64,000 nucleotides of DNA from Candidatus Anstonellales archaeon (GCA_038890745.1 JAWAFD010000005.1:8817-72816); one strand, 5' to 3'. Numbered from the stretch's first letter, positions 1 to 8,964 are shown. Made by a program: numbers and translations. Notes: a model not told the origin generated them from the letters alone.

Positions 1-206
1 CTTCAGAAACCATATCCCCTTCCAAAAGTTTTTCCATTTCCTTTCTATGTTTTAGTGAAAGCGAAAGTTCTATTGTTTGAAAAATCAGAAAAATAAAAAA
101 TATCCCACCAACAATAATGAAATTTTGTGAGGCAAAAACCAAAGCAAAAAAATAAACAATATCTGCTAGCCACACCACTGCCTTCGCAATATAGTAAGCT
201 ATCTCG

Positions 207-1445
207 CTAAAGTTTAAACCTCGCGTACTTACCACCAACCCTCTCTTCTATTCTCAACAGTTCATTATACTTTGCTGTCCTTTCGCCTCTTGCGGGCGCA
301 CCTGTCTTTATCATTCCGTATTCCTTTCCAACAACAAAATGGGAGATGAAAGTATCCTCTGTTTCACCGCTTCTATGGCTCACAACAACATTCATCCCTC
401 TTCTTCTCATCATTTCCGCAGCCTCTATCGCCTCTGTAACCGTTCCTATCTGATTCACTTTTAGGAGAAGGGCATTCATCGCATTTTTTTCCAAAGCAAT
501 CTTTATTCTCTTAGGGTTTGTAACAACCAAATCATCACCAACAATCTGCACACCTTTTCCAATTTTCCTATTCAGCTCAGCAAATCCCTCAAAATCCTCT
601 TCGTAAAAAGGGTCTTCTATGCTTTTTATGGGATAGGTTTTTACAAGCTCGATGTACATTTCAAGCAGTTCCTCTCGGTCTATTGCTTTTCCATCTATTT
701 TGTATTTTCCGTTTTCGTAAAAGCTCGTTGCCGCAGAATCTATTGCAATGAAAACCTTGTTTGGATAACCGGTTTCTTCTATCGCTCCAACCAAAATCTC
801 AAAAGCCTCCCTTACCTCTTTCATGTTCGGTGCAAACCCCCCCTCATCCCCAACATTTCTTGCGCTCTTTCCATATTTCTTGACGAGATTGTTTCTAAGC
901 TGCTGATAGATTTCGCTTGCTGCCTGCATCGCCTCAGCAAATGATTTTACGCTTGCCGGGAACAGCATAAACTCCTGAATGGATAAATTGTTTCCTGCAT
1001 GCCCCCCTCCGTTTATAACATTCAACATCGGAATGGGAAGAAGTTTCCCTCCCAGATGCTCAAAAACCTCTTTTCCTTCAGAGCAAGCCGCTGCTTTCAG
1101 CACAGCCATGGAGGTCGCAACGATTGCGTTCGCGCCTAATCTGGATTTGTTTTCTGTCCCATCGAGCTCTATCATCTTTCTATCTATCTCCTCCTGCTCG
1201 CCAACATCCATTCCTTTTAATGCAGGTCCGATTATTCTGTTTACGCTCTCTATTGCTTTTTTCACCCCTTTTCCATGCCATTCCTTTCCTCCGTCTCTAA
1301 GCTCTATTGCCTCATGTGCTCCCTTTGAAGCACCGGATGGGGCTGCTGCCCTTCCAAAACCTTTTTTTGTTTTTACATCCACTTCTACTGTTGGGTTTCC
1401 TCTTGAATCCAAAATCATCCTTGCTTTTATGCTTTCTATTTTCAT
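207..1445 (-). CDS. eno: enolase (phosphopyruvate hydratase)
   Basis: 412 aa. Canonical enolase motifs are present: SIEDPF, LLLKVNQIGTVTEA, VSHRSGETEDT. The ORF is full length. Confidence 0.95.
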   Translation of the reverse strand: MKIESIKARMILDSRGNPTVEVDVKTKKGFGRAAAPSGASKGAHEAIELRDGGKEWHGKGVKKAIESVNRIIGPALKGMDVGEQEEIDRKMIELDGTENKSRLGANAIVATSMAVLKAAACSEGKEVFEHLGGKLLPIPMLNVINGGGHAGNNLSIQEFMLFPASVKSFAEAMQAASEIYQQLRNNLVKKYGKSARNVGDEGGFAPNMKEVREAFEILVGAIEETGYPNKVFIAIDSAATSFYENGKYKIDGKAIDREELLEMYIELVKTYPIKSIEDPFYEEDFEGFAELNRKIGKGVQIVGDDLVVTNPKRIKIALEKNAMNALLLKVNQIGTVTEAIEAAEMMRRRGMNVVVSHRSGETEDTFISHFVVGKEYGMIKTGAPARGERTAKYNELLRIEERVGGKYARFKL

Positions 1446-1507
1446 AATAACACCAATGAGGATTGAATTAAAAGGTTTAAAATTGTTTAGCTACCCCGAC
1501 CCACCGT

Positions 1508-1559
1508 AAAATAGTCGCATTTTAGACCAATTTTATTAAATTTTGGAACTTTTTGCGAC
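1508..1559. repeat. 51-bp direct repeat, copy 1 (copy 2 at 2771..2823), bracketing the ATPase gene 1536..2783
   Basis: aaatagtcgcattttagaccaatttt(a/tt)ttaaattttggaactttttgcga occurs twice with one indel. Copy 2 carries the ATG of the ATPase. Copy 1 carries its stop plus a vestigial ATG-CGA-CTA-TTT (MRLF) start of a lost downstream paralog. Confidence 0.8.
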
Positions 1560-2783
1560 CAAAAGCGGGATCAGCTGGTGCTCCTTTATAACAATCCCCT
1601 TAGGGAATTCCCTAAGCTGCATCCTTCCTTTTTCCTCTCCTCCTATTTCTACTACTACTCTCTCCCCTCCCCTTTCTATTATATAATCTGGTGATTTCTT
1701 CTCACCCTTAATCGTATGGACCAGCCATCCTCGCTCCGAAAGACCAAAAACAGCAAGCTCCTCTCTAACCGCTCCTATTTCAGGTTGTTTCCCAAGCTGC
1801 TTGCAGATAGCATACCTCATATTTGGATGGAAAAAAAGAAGCTTAGGCTCTGCACGCACAAGAGACGCACCCCTTCTGTACGGCCTGATTACACGGATTA
1901 TTTCCATTCCAGCAAGCGCATCCACTATCTCGTACACCACAGTCTTAGAAACATGCAAACTAGAAGAGAGTGAGGTAATGCTAAGCTCCCCTGGCTTTGA
2001 GGTAGCGAGAAAATTGAGCAGGTTTTCCATAGCAAAAACTTTCTCTTTTGACATTTTAAGAAAGAAAACCGCATCCTCTCTTATAGATTTCCTTATGGAG
2101 TTGTAGATCGCATCCAATGCTTTTTCCTCATCCATATCAAGGGAAAGAGGAAACCCGCCAATCCGCGCGTAGGGTTGAAGGTTGATCGCAGCTTCATTAT
2201 TTGCTGCAATAAACTCCATCGCCCTCTCCCCATCCATCCATTCCTCACCCGCATAAATACTTTTTCCGGTTTTAAGTAGTATCCACTCCCCCATGTCCAT
2301 CTCATGGAGGCATATGAGCTCTTCTCTTCTTTCAGGAACGAATGCAAGAGGAGCACTCCCGCTCGCAACTATCCATATGGATGGGAATTCATCATGCAAT
2401 GCTTTTATCTCCTCTCTCCATTTTGGATATGTATGAACCTCATCCATGAAAAGAAGTACAAATCCATTCTTTATCGCTGTCTTTGCTATGCTGTATATCC
2501 CATACCTCTTCACCACTGGATTATCGGTTGAAAAGTAGATAGACCTTTCTTTATTTTCACCAAACGCATGAAGCATGGCTGTTGTTTTTCCAACCCCTCT
2601 AAACCCCCTAAGAAGCTTAATCCTTGGCTTTTTTTTCAGAGAGGAAAGAATGGTGTGCACAACATCTCTTCTCTTAAACTCCTTCACGGAATTGTACAAT
2701 GAGAGTGCGATCACCCTCAACTCAGTTATATCCAACTCCTCCATAGGATGATTTTGAGACAAAAGTTTTTTAAATAGTCGCAT
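1536..2783 (-). CDS. AAA+ ATPase, archaeal COG1373/DUF4143-type (P-loop GFRGVGKTT)
   Basis: P-loop RGFRGVGKTT plus Walker B hhhhDE (LLFMDEVH). It is paralogous to 2939..4144 and 49304..50539. The start codon and stop both lie inside 51-bp direct repeats. Confidence 0.7.
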   Translation of the reverse strand: MRLFKKLLSQNHPMEELDITELRVIALSLYNSVKEFKRRDVVHTILSSLKKKPRIKLLRGFRGVGKTTAMLHAFGENKERSIYFSTDNPVVKRYGIYSIAKTAIKNGFVLLFMDEVHTYPKWREEIKALHDEFPSIWIVASGSAPLAFVPERREELICLHEMDMGEWILLKTGKSIYAGEEWMDGERAMEFIAANNEAAINLQPYARIGGFPLSLDMDEEKALDAIYNSIRKSIREDAVFFLKMSKEKVFAMENLLNFLATSKPGELSITSLSSSLHVSKTVVYEIVDALAGMEIIRVIRPYRRGASLVRAEPKLLFFHPNMRYAICKQLGKQPEIGAVREELAVFGLSERGWLVHTIKGEKKSPDYIIERGGERVVVEIGGEEKGRMQLREFPKGIVIKEHQLIPLLVAKSSKI

Positions 2784-2823
2784 TTTAGACCAATTTTTTT
2801 AAATTTTGGAACTTTTTGCGAAC
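2771..2823. repeat. 51-bp direct repeat, copy 2
   Basis: See copy 1. Confidence 0.8.
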
Positions 2824-2854
2824 ATTACGCAGAAAACACATGGGGTAGAAAAAA

Positions 2855-2907
2855 GTGTTCAAAAAACCGACCAAAAATAGCTAAAAATGGTCGGAAGTCT
2901 GAACAAA
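2855..2907. repeat. 53-bp perfect direct repeat, copy A (copy B at 4119..4171), with internal imperfect hairpin CCGACC-N16-GGTCGG
   Basis: tgttcaaaaaaccgaccaaaaatagctaaaaatggtcggaagtctgaacaaa is identical at both loci. Copy B contains the stop codon of ATPase 2939..4144. Copy A lies about 30 nt upstream of its ATG. Confidence 0.85.
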
Positions 2908-2938
2908 CTTTAAAAAACCTTCGCTGCCCAGTATAATC

Positions 2939-4144
2939 ATGGTAGAGCTAGATAGACTGTACAGGATTGCTCTGGAAAACGCTGCAGCCGTTAGTACATA
3001 CAGGAAAAGATTTGCATATGAAAAACTTAAGGAATTAGTAATAAAAAGAAAGTCTGGCAAGTTCCCTATCGTACTACTCTCTGGAATTAGAGGTGTTGGG
3101 AAAACAACATTGATGCTTCAGCTGTTCAGTGAAATGAATGGAGCTTTTTACTTCTCAGCCGATTCTATATTAGTAAAAACCTCAACGATATACGCCATTG
3201 TTGAACAAGCATACAGGGAGGGGTATGACCCAATATTCATAGACGAGATACATAGGTACCCAAGATGGATCGAAGAATCAAAGAACATTTATGATGATTT
3301 CGGCATCCGCGTTATCGCCTCTGGATCTTCTACAGCAGCGATTAAAAAAGGGGGCATACTCCTTGGAAGACGGGCTGTTGATTTTCAACTCCCCCTTCTA
3401 ACCTTTGGGGAGTTTTTCTATCTACGGGAAAATGAGAGGTACTCAGCAACGATGGACGAGGTCGTGAACAAAAAGTCAGCGATCAGATGGCTGGCAGCGC
3501 ATCCAAAGGTGGATAGATACTACAAGAACTATTTCTCTACCGGTGGGTTTCCCATGACCGTAAGCGAGAAAGGGGCGATCTTCAAACTTATTAAACGCAT
3601 GATATATGAGGATGCCCTCGCAGAGTTCAGCCTTACTAAGAATAAAGTAGATGTTGCAGAACGTCTTTTGGGTTTTCTCTCACTCTCGAAGCCCGGAGAA
3701 TTCAGCTACACCTCATTTTCTTCTATGAGCGGTTATGCAAAATCCACAGTGTATGAAACAATCAGCATGCTAAAAGAACTTGAAATCTTGCGAAGCATTG
3801 AGGAAAAAACACCAAAATCCGAAGCAAAGGGAACGATGAAGCTGCTCTTTTCCCATCCTAACCTGAGAAGTGCTTTTGCAGAACAATTGATGAAAGAACC
3901 TGAATTCGGAGCGCTCAGGGAGGAATACTTCCTTTTCCACATGGCAAGCTTGGGCCATCCTATTTTTATTCCAAAAAAAATGAAGAAGAATCCGGATTAC
4001 ATAGTAAAACTAGAAGATAGCACACTGATTTTTGAAATTGGTGGCGGTTCAAAAACAGCTGAGCAGTTGGGTAAAAAAGGAGTAGTGATGGATGACAATA
4101 GCCTAATGGTATTGGGATTTGTTCAAAAAACCGACCAAAAATAG
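2939..4144 (+). CDS. AAA+ ATPase, COG1373/DUF4143-type (paralog)
   Basis: P-loop SGIRGVGKTT and FIDEIH Walker B. The domain order matches 1536..2783, and it is divergently oriented to that gene. Confidence 0.7.
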   Translation: MVELDRLYRIALENAAAVSTYRKRFAYEKLKELVIKRKSGKFPIVLLSGIRGVGKTTLMLQLFSEMNGAFYFSADSILVKTSTIYAIVEQAYREGYDPIFIDEIHRYPRWIEESKNIYDDFGIRVIASGSSTAAIKKGGILLGRRAVDFQLPLLTFGEFFYLRENERYSATMDEVVNKKSAIRWLAAHPKVDRYYKNYFSTGGFPMTVSEKGAIFKLIKRMIYEDALAEFSLTKNKVDVAERLLGFLSLSKPGEFSYTSFSSMSGYAKSTVYETISMLKELEILRSIEEKTPKSEAKGTMKLLFSHPNLRSAFAEQLMKEPEFGALREEYFLFHMASLGHPIFIPKKMKKNPDYIVKLEDSTLIFEIGGGSKTAEQLGKKGVVMDDNSLMVLGFVQKTDQK

Positions 4145-4171
4145 CTAAAAATGGTCGGAAGTCTGAACAAA
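4119..4171. repeat. 53-bp direct repeat, copy B
   Basis: See copy A. Confidence 0.85.
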
Positions 4172-4201
4172 TAGGTATAACGCATCCCCGCAATCACGCT
4201 C

Positions 4202-4344
4202 GCGGAACCCAGGGGAGGTCGTAGGAGGTTTTCTTTTGGCGACCTCCCCCATGTTCTACGATACTCCCCACCCCCTCCGCAATCACGCTCGCATACGCTC
4301 GCTTGGGGATAGGTTTTTAAGCACTTAGGAGGATATTATAGTAT
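4202..4344. repeat. Type-A intergenic element (143 nt), identical to 8822..8964, partial copy at 6214..6277
   Basis: Identical sequence sits upstream of small genes 4345, 8965 and (3' part only) 6278. It contains a 10-bp inverted repeat GGGGAGGTCG-N18-CGACCTCCCC (4212..4249). It is flanked by 16-nt direct repeats ccgcaatcacgctcgc (4188..4203 and 4277..4292). It ends in a TATA-like tttttaa about 25-31 nt before the ATG. Confidence 0.85.
4305..4344 (+). promoter_or_regulatory. Putative archaeal promoter (TATA-like tttttaag) of small variable gene; the same element is at 6238..6277 and 8925..8964
   Basis: The conserved gataggtttttaagcacttaggaggatattatagtat sits immediately 5' of the ATG in three copies. 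TATA-like spacing is consistent with a leaderless or short-leader transcript. Confidence 0.4.
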
Positions 4345-4851
4345 ATGGTGATAGGTGTAAAAGAGAGGAAGGATAAGGAAGTTAAGTTTTCTGATAAAAT
4401 TAGAAGGAATTTTGAGAGGTTTAAGGATAAGGTTGAGGGATTGGGGAAGAAGGCAATTATTTTAGGTGGAGTTGGGATTGGAGTAGGTCTAGGGTGTGCG
4501 AGTGATGGAGTTAGTCCAAAACAGTACACACTAGATCAGGTTCAAAGTGGACGGATAACGATTGATGAATTTGTAGAAAACATGGACCTGTACAGTTTGT
4601 GTTACACAAAAGAGGATTCAATAGCTATGGTGGCTATTTTCTGGTGGAAAACAACTGGAAGTAAAGATCCATTAATTTGGGAAAAATTAATAAGAGGGGA
4701 GAATGTAGATTATGAAAGAACTTATCCTCCAAGTGGTCCACCACCTTTTAACGTTAGCAGAGATGATTTGTACGGTTTAAGGGTAGCTACGTCACCGTAT
4801 GTAGATACTCTAATTCAACGCGCAAAAGACGGTGCTCCTCTTATTAAATAA
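4345..4851 (+). CDS. Small variable partner protein 6 (conserved N-terminal basic + Gly-zipper TM head, variable C-terminus)
   Basis: The N-terminal 53 aa, MVIGVKERKDKEVKFSDKIRRNFERFKDKVEGLGKKAIILGGVGIGVGLGCAS, are nucleotide-identical to the heads of 6278.. and 8965... The C-terminus is unique but keeps the family motif T(K/R)(E/D)DS(I/L). Confidence 0.65.
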   Translation: MVIGVKERKDKEVKFSDKIRRNFERFKDKVEGLGKKAIILGGVGIGVGLGCASDGVSPKQYTLDQVQSGRITIDEFVENMDLYSLCYTKEDSIAMVAIFWWKTTGSKDPLIWEKLIRGENVDYERTYPPSGPPPFNVSRDDLYGLRVATSPYVDTLIQRAKDGAPLIK

Positions 4852-4854
4852 GGC

Positions 4855-5526
4855 TCATTTACCTTCCTTGAATTGTTCTTTTAATGCATTCAACTCTTCT
4901 CCAGCTTGTTTTTTCAGTTCTGGAACTGCCACCACTCCTCCAGCATAGCCTATAAGTATGTTCATTTTTATTGCAGATTTATCGTACTTAAATAAATTCA
5001 ACTTATTTGAGCTTTGAGAAAAAGTTTTCCCATATTCTGACAATTGTCCTGATTCCATAGAGGACAACATTACTGACCAGGCCCTTATTCCATATTTCTC
5101 ATCAAGTTGCTGTTTTACTTGAGGGTCAGTAGAGTATTGTTGTATTAAATCGTCAGCTTTTTGTAGTGCTAGTTCAGTACTTTCTCCTTTGGAAATAAAA
5201 TCATCAGCAATAGAAGTACGTAATCCCACCCCTATGTAATAAACTTCAGAAAACCCTGGGGTTTCTTGTTTGATTTTTTTTGTGAGCTTCTCCCCCGCCT
5301 CCGGATCTTTTCTTAAAATTTCTTCAATCTGTGTTCTTTTATCCTCTTCACTCAATTCTTTATTTTCTAATATTGCTGCAATCTGTTCTGAAACTGTTGC
5401 CGCTCTCTCATACAAACTTATTTGTTCTCTTTTCCATTCCTCAAACTGTTTTTCATTAGGAAGTTTTCCTTTCCATTTAGTTAGATAAGCAGCATATAAG
5501 CTTCTTTCTATTTCTGTTGCTGGCAT
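4855..5526 (-). pseudogene. 5'-truncated orphan C-terminal cassette 6 (subfamily B, related to 10813..11727), which lacks the homology-block head
   Basis: It shares ELMPATEIERSLYAAYLTKW(K/E)GKLPNEKQFEEWKREQISLYERAA and the C-terminal N(I/L)LIGY motif with cassette 2. The track ORF 4855..5859 continues upstream only as antisense of the inserted antitoxin gene. There is no QQGTPEY..MNEGEL head. Confidence 0.5.
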
Positions 5527-5623
5527 TAGTTCTGAATTACATTCAATATATGGAGAAAAGGAGGCCCATTCATTAGGCGAAATATTTTTAAGGTTAGGAT
5601 GAGTATATATCAAAGGTGAAAAC

Positions 5624-5830
5624 GTGGAGACTATTACTGTGAACGTAAATTTGCTTAAGGAAATGTACAAAAGAATACTTAGAATAGAGGAAGAGATAAA
5701 GGAAATTAAGTACGCGGTTGTCGAGATAGAAGAAGTATCAGAGAGGGAGATTAAACAACTCGAAAAAAGAAAGAAAGAAGCATTAAAAGGAATGGGAATC
5801 CCACTCAACAAAGCATTAGAGGAATTTTGA
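5624..5830 (+). CDS. Type II antitoxin (RelB-like partner of the downstream RelE), 68 aa
   Basis: It is a small acidic/helical protein. Its stop overlaps the start of the RelE-family gene (ATGA overlap at 5827..5830). Confidence 0.5.
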   Translation: METITVNVNLLKEMYKRILRIEEEIKEIKYAVVEIEEVSEREIKQLEKRKKEALKGMGIPLNKALEEF

Positions 5831-6105
5831 ATATGAGGGAATTCAGGATTATTATACACAAGCAGGTAATAAAGCAGCTTAGAAAGTTAGATGCACGCAT
5901 AAGAAATAATGTAAAAAAGGTTCTGGTTCATCTACAGTATGACCCGGTACCTGCAAAGTCATATGATATAAAGAAACTTTCAAAAGGAGAAGGACATTAC
6001 AGAATAAGAATAGGAAAATTTAGAGTTCTATATTGGGTTGATTTTACAAATTATCTGATTGTAGTAACGGATATCAAACGAAGGGACGAAACAACATACA
6101 AATAG
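5827..6105 (+). CDS. relE: RelE/ParE-family toxin (mRNA interferase), 92 aa
   Basis: The C-terminal HYRIRIGKFRVLYWVD...YLIVVTDIKRRDE is a typical RelE/ParE core (R..G.YR..Y), and the size is typical. Confidence 0.7.
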   Translation: MNMREFRIIIHKQVIKQLRKLDARIRNNVKKVLVHLQYDPVPAKSYDIKKLSKGEGHYRIRIGKFRVLYWVDFTNYLIVVTDIKRRDETTYK

Positions 6106-6277
6106 TGTACCAAACCCCTCTAAGATATCTAATGTGGGTTAAAGCAAAACTTAGGTTAGGTTAAATAATGTTCTAGATGATGTCTTCCGTGCTCTATGCT
6201 ACTTCCCCTCCGCAATCACGCTCGCATACGCTCGCTTGGGGATAGGTTTTTAAGCACTTAGGAGGATATTATAGTAT

Positions 6278-6736
6278 ATGGTGATAGGTGTAAAAGAGAG
6301 GAAGGATAAGGAAGTTAAGTTTTCTGATAAAATTAGGAGAAATTTTGAGAGGTTTAAGGATAAGGTTGAGGGATTGGGGAAGAAGGCAATTATTTTAGGT
6401 GGAGTCGGGATTGGAGTAGGTCTAGGGTGTGCGAGTAAGGATGACAGTATTTATTCGTACTACAATGTTACGACTGCCGACTCAATTAGCCTGGATGAAT
6501 TTAGGCAGTATGTATATCGTGGAGCAGTAACAAGAGAGGACAGCCTACTCGGTCTAGGTAAGTTTATATGTGAAATATGGGGGTTCATACCAACTGAAGA
6601 AGAGTTCTTTAGTATGCCTATGTTGGAGTCTCAAAGAAAGTTTTTTGTATATATCATTGCGGAAAGAGACTATTACAAGTTATTAATAGAAGCGTTAGAA
6701 ACGATTAAAAAAGAAGAAAAGTTAGAAAAAAAATAA
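6278..6736 (+). CDS. Small variable partner protein 5
   Basis: Same conserved 53-aa head. The variable C-terminus carries TREDSLL. Confidence 0.65.
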   Translation: MVIGVKERKDKEVKFSDKIRRNFERFKDKVEGLGKKAIILGGVGIGVGLGCASKDDSIYSYYNVTTADSISLDEFRQYVYRGAVTREDSLLGLGKFICEIWGFIPTEEEFFSMPMLESQRKFFVYIIAERDYYKLLIEALETIKKEEKLEKK

Positions 6737-6758
6737 TTATTCTCTCATAAAGAAAAAA

Positions 6759-7361
6759 CTAAAATCCGCCAAGTAAAACATAGAGCTTCAAATCGCTTAC
6801 ATTTTCTGGTGGCTTAGACCACGCATCCTTATTTTTTGTTATCCTATCGAGAAATTGAGTTAGGTCACAACCTCCCTCTTTAAATGCTTGGGTAAAACCT
6901 TGCGGGTCAAAGGTTTCTGGTTTTAAAAACGATGCAGCGTCATCCAATTTCCTCATTTTCTCTTCTTTTTCTTTTCCATCTGGAACAAAAGAAAGTTCGC
7001 CCTGAGCTTTAGTTATATACTCACTCGCTAGCCCACTCAGCCCACGAAACGCTGCTATTTTGTCTTCATCACTCAATTCTTGATAAGTAGTCCCTCCAGT
7101 TAAAACAGCATAGGCAAGTCGATACTCGTCCGCTCTTTTATCAAAGTAGCTCTGAACTTTTTTAAGTGCTTTTTCATCCCCTTTAAGTGCTTTATCAAGG
7201 GATTTTCTAAGTTCTATATCTTCCCCTGTAAGTTTTTTAGGATCTGCTCCAAGAGTAGCGCTTAGTATACTATACTCTTCTCTTTCCGCTCTATATTTCT
7301 CCGGATTCATATACGCATCCATCAATATTTTTCTCGCCTCTCTTAACTCTCCTTCGTTCAT
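6759..7361 (-). CDS. Orphan C-terminal cassette 5 (ATG = internal MNEGEL Met; frame stays open upstream through the homology block to about 7650)
   Basis: It begins MNEGELREARKILMDAYMNPEKY. The upstream in-frame sequence encodes ...TPEYQDLQATIDKAKPYEEAQNTLQIIASLSIAWKGNIRIGDDVISLG, identical to the other heads. The tail is unique but has the shared GDEKAL...LAY(N/A)VLTG motif. Confidence 0.6.
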   Translation of the reverse strand: MNEGELREARKILMDAYMNPEKYRAEREEYSILSATLGADPKKLTGEDIELRKSLDKALKGDEKALKKVQSYFDKRADEYRLAYAVLTGGTTYQELSDEDKIAAFRGLSGLASEYITKAQGELSFVPDGKEKEEKMRKLDDAASFLKPETFDPQGFTQAFKEGGCDLTQFLDRITKNKDAWSKPPENVSDLKLYVLLGGF

Positions 7362-7620
7362 CCCTAAACTTATTACATCATCTCCAATCCGTATGTTTCC
7401 TTTCCAAGCAATTGATAAGGAAGCTATTATTTGAAGTGTATTTTGCGCCTCTTCATACGGTTTGGCTTTATCTATTGTTGCTTGGAGGTCTTGGTATTCT
7501 GGAGTTTCTTTCTCTACTGTAAATATTGCTTTTCTTGCTTCCTCGGCCTCTTTTAGAATATTTGGGTCAAAGGTTCTACTTAATAAAAATGCTTGGTTTG
7601 TTTGCTCAGTTATTTTTAGG
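7285..7620. repeat. Cassette homology block (about 330 bp), copy in orphan 5
   Basis: It is near-identical to 10000..10335, 11571..11830 (partial), 12912..13250 and 8740..8821 (partial). For example 7362..7509 is identical to 10077..10223. Confidence 0.85.
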
Positions 7621-7627
7621 AGCAGGT

Positions 7628-7678
7628 AGGGGATAGGTTTTTAACTATTTCTTAGCATATTATAATTAGTGTATTAGT
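7628..7678 (+). promoter_or_regulatory. Type-B putative promoter of small gene; copies at 10332..10382 and 11838..11888
   Basis: Conserved ggggataggtttttaactatttcttagcatattata(a/t)ttagtgtattagt precedes the start. It has TATA-like tttttaa and an AT-rich box. Confidence 0.4.
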
Positions 7679-8260
7679 ATGATAGTAGATGGAAAAACGA
7701 GAGAGTTTGGATTTACCAAGAAATTTAGGGAATTTGCTAGAAACTTAGGATTTAAAGGAAGGGATGTTTTGGTTGCTGGAATAATCGGAACTGGAATTTT
7801 ATCTGGCAAGGCTGGAGCCCAGCAGGCAGATTCTTTAGTTATAGATACAAGCTCTGTTCATATAGATTCTACTTATATAGACTGGAGTAAACCAAGGTTT
7901 ATGGGATTGACTTATGGTTATTATTATGATTGGTTTAAAGTAACAGGAGTGGCTGCTTATCGTCTTTATATGGAATATGGTATGAGCTATTCTGATGCGT
8001 TAACGTGGCTCGATAGTGTTCAAACAGCAGGGTCAATCAAGACTTTCCCATATAACCAACCCCAAACAAGAGAGGATACAATTAAAACGATAATTGATTA
8101 TTTTAAGTTGCACTACAATTTATTCCCCAAGAGTGATACTGAACTTGAATGGTACATAAAAACTCACCCAAATAAGGCTGAGCAGATAAAAACAGATTGG
8201 TACATAATACGAAATAGTCCTTATTGGCCTTATCTGGTAGAAGTTGGAAGCAAAAGATAA
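7679..8260 (+). CDS. Small variable partner protein 4 (divergent subfamily)
   Basis: The N-terminus MIVDG..FREFARNLGFKGRDVLVAGIIGTGILSGKAG has the same basic + Gly-rich hydrophobic architecture. It is driven by the type-B element. Its 3' end overlaps the 3' end of 8230..8817 by 31 nt, convergently. Confidence 0.55.
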   Translation: MIVDGKTREFGFTKKFREFARNLGFKGRDVLVAGIIGTGILSGKAGAQQADSLVIDTSSVHIDSTYIDWSKPRFMGLTYGYYYDWFKVTGVAAYRLYMEYGMSYSDALTWLDSVQTAGSIKTFPYNQPQTREDTIKTIIDYFKLHYNLFPKSDTELEWYIKTHPNKAEQIKTDWYIIRNSPYWPYLVEVGSKR

Positions 8261-8817
8261 ATAGCAAGCGAATTTCTATTTAAATTTTCCAAGATATTTG
8301 TTGCGGATTGTAAAGATTTCTGTTTTCCCTTAGCGCCCTCTACAGCAGTTTGGTAATACTTTTCAGAAAGTTTTTCTAATTGTTTTTTTTCTTCGTCACT
8401 ATATTGTTCTGTTTTAAAGAATAATAATAGTGCAATTTTAGCATCATCTTTTTCAAAGTTACCTCCACTAGCAATAACAAAACCAAGTATATCCCGACCC
8501 CGTTGCAACCTATCCTCCTCACTCATTGTAGATGGGTCTTGTTGAATAAATTCAAGAGTAGTAGTTACATTATTCAATCTTGTATTATTATAGCTACTCA
8601 ATTCAGCTATCAATTCCTTCATAGCTTTTTTATCTCCTTTAAGTGCTCTTTCTGTGAGAGTTAACAATTCTTCATCTTGGGTTGTTAATTCTTCTGGTTT
8701 TTTAATACGAACCTCTGTTATTAATGAAATAGCTTCTCTTTCCGCTCTATATTTCTCCGGATTCATATACGCATCCATCAATATTTTTCTCGCCTCTCTT
8801 AACTCTCCTTCGTTCAT
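8230..8817 (-). CDS. Orphan C-terminal cassette 4
   Basis: It starts at the MNEGELREARKILMDAYMNPEKYRAERE Met. The homology block is cut off at 8821/8822, where the type-A element begins (mosaic junction). Confidence 0.6.
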   Translation of the reverse strand: MNEGELREARKILMDAYMNPEKYRAEREAISLITEVRIKKPEELTTQDEELLTLTERALKGDKKAMKELIAELSSYNNTRLNNVTTTLEFIQQDPSTMSEEDRLQRGRDILGFVIASGGNFEKDDAKIALLLFFKTEQYSDEEKKQLEKLSEKYYQTAVEGAKGKQKSLQSATNILENLNRNSLAIYLLLPTSTR

Positions 8818-8821
8818 CCCT

Positions 8822-8964
8822 GCGGAACCCAGGGGAGGTCGTAGGAGGTTTTCTTTTGGCGACCTCCCCCATGTTCTACGATACTCCCCACCCCCTCCGC
8901 AATCACGCTCGCATACGCTCGCTTGGGGATAGGTTTTTAAGCACTTAGGAGGATATTATAGTAT
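8822..8964. repeat. Type-A intergenic element, copy 2 (identical to 4202..4344)
   Basis: It is a 143-nt identity. It continues into the gene head 8965..9128, which equals 4345..4508 with 1-2 mismatches. Confidence 0.85.

Noticed and set aside
979-1509. 176-aa plus-strand ORF
   Set aside because: It lies entirely antisense within the enolase gene. Its low-complexity Pro/Ser/Phe-rich translation is a shadow ORF.
1716-2531. Several 75-101-aa ORFs on both strands inside ATPase gene 1536..2783
   Set aside because: They are nested in or antisense to a strongly supported AAA+ ATPase CDS and show no motifs.
4855-5859. Track ORF giving a 334-aa protein for cassette 6
   Set aside because: The N-terminal ~110 aa (low-complexity Ser/Ile/Leu) are the antisense translation of the inserted antitoxin gene 5624..5830. 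Only the part from about MPATEIE (5526) downward is homologous to cassette 2.
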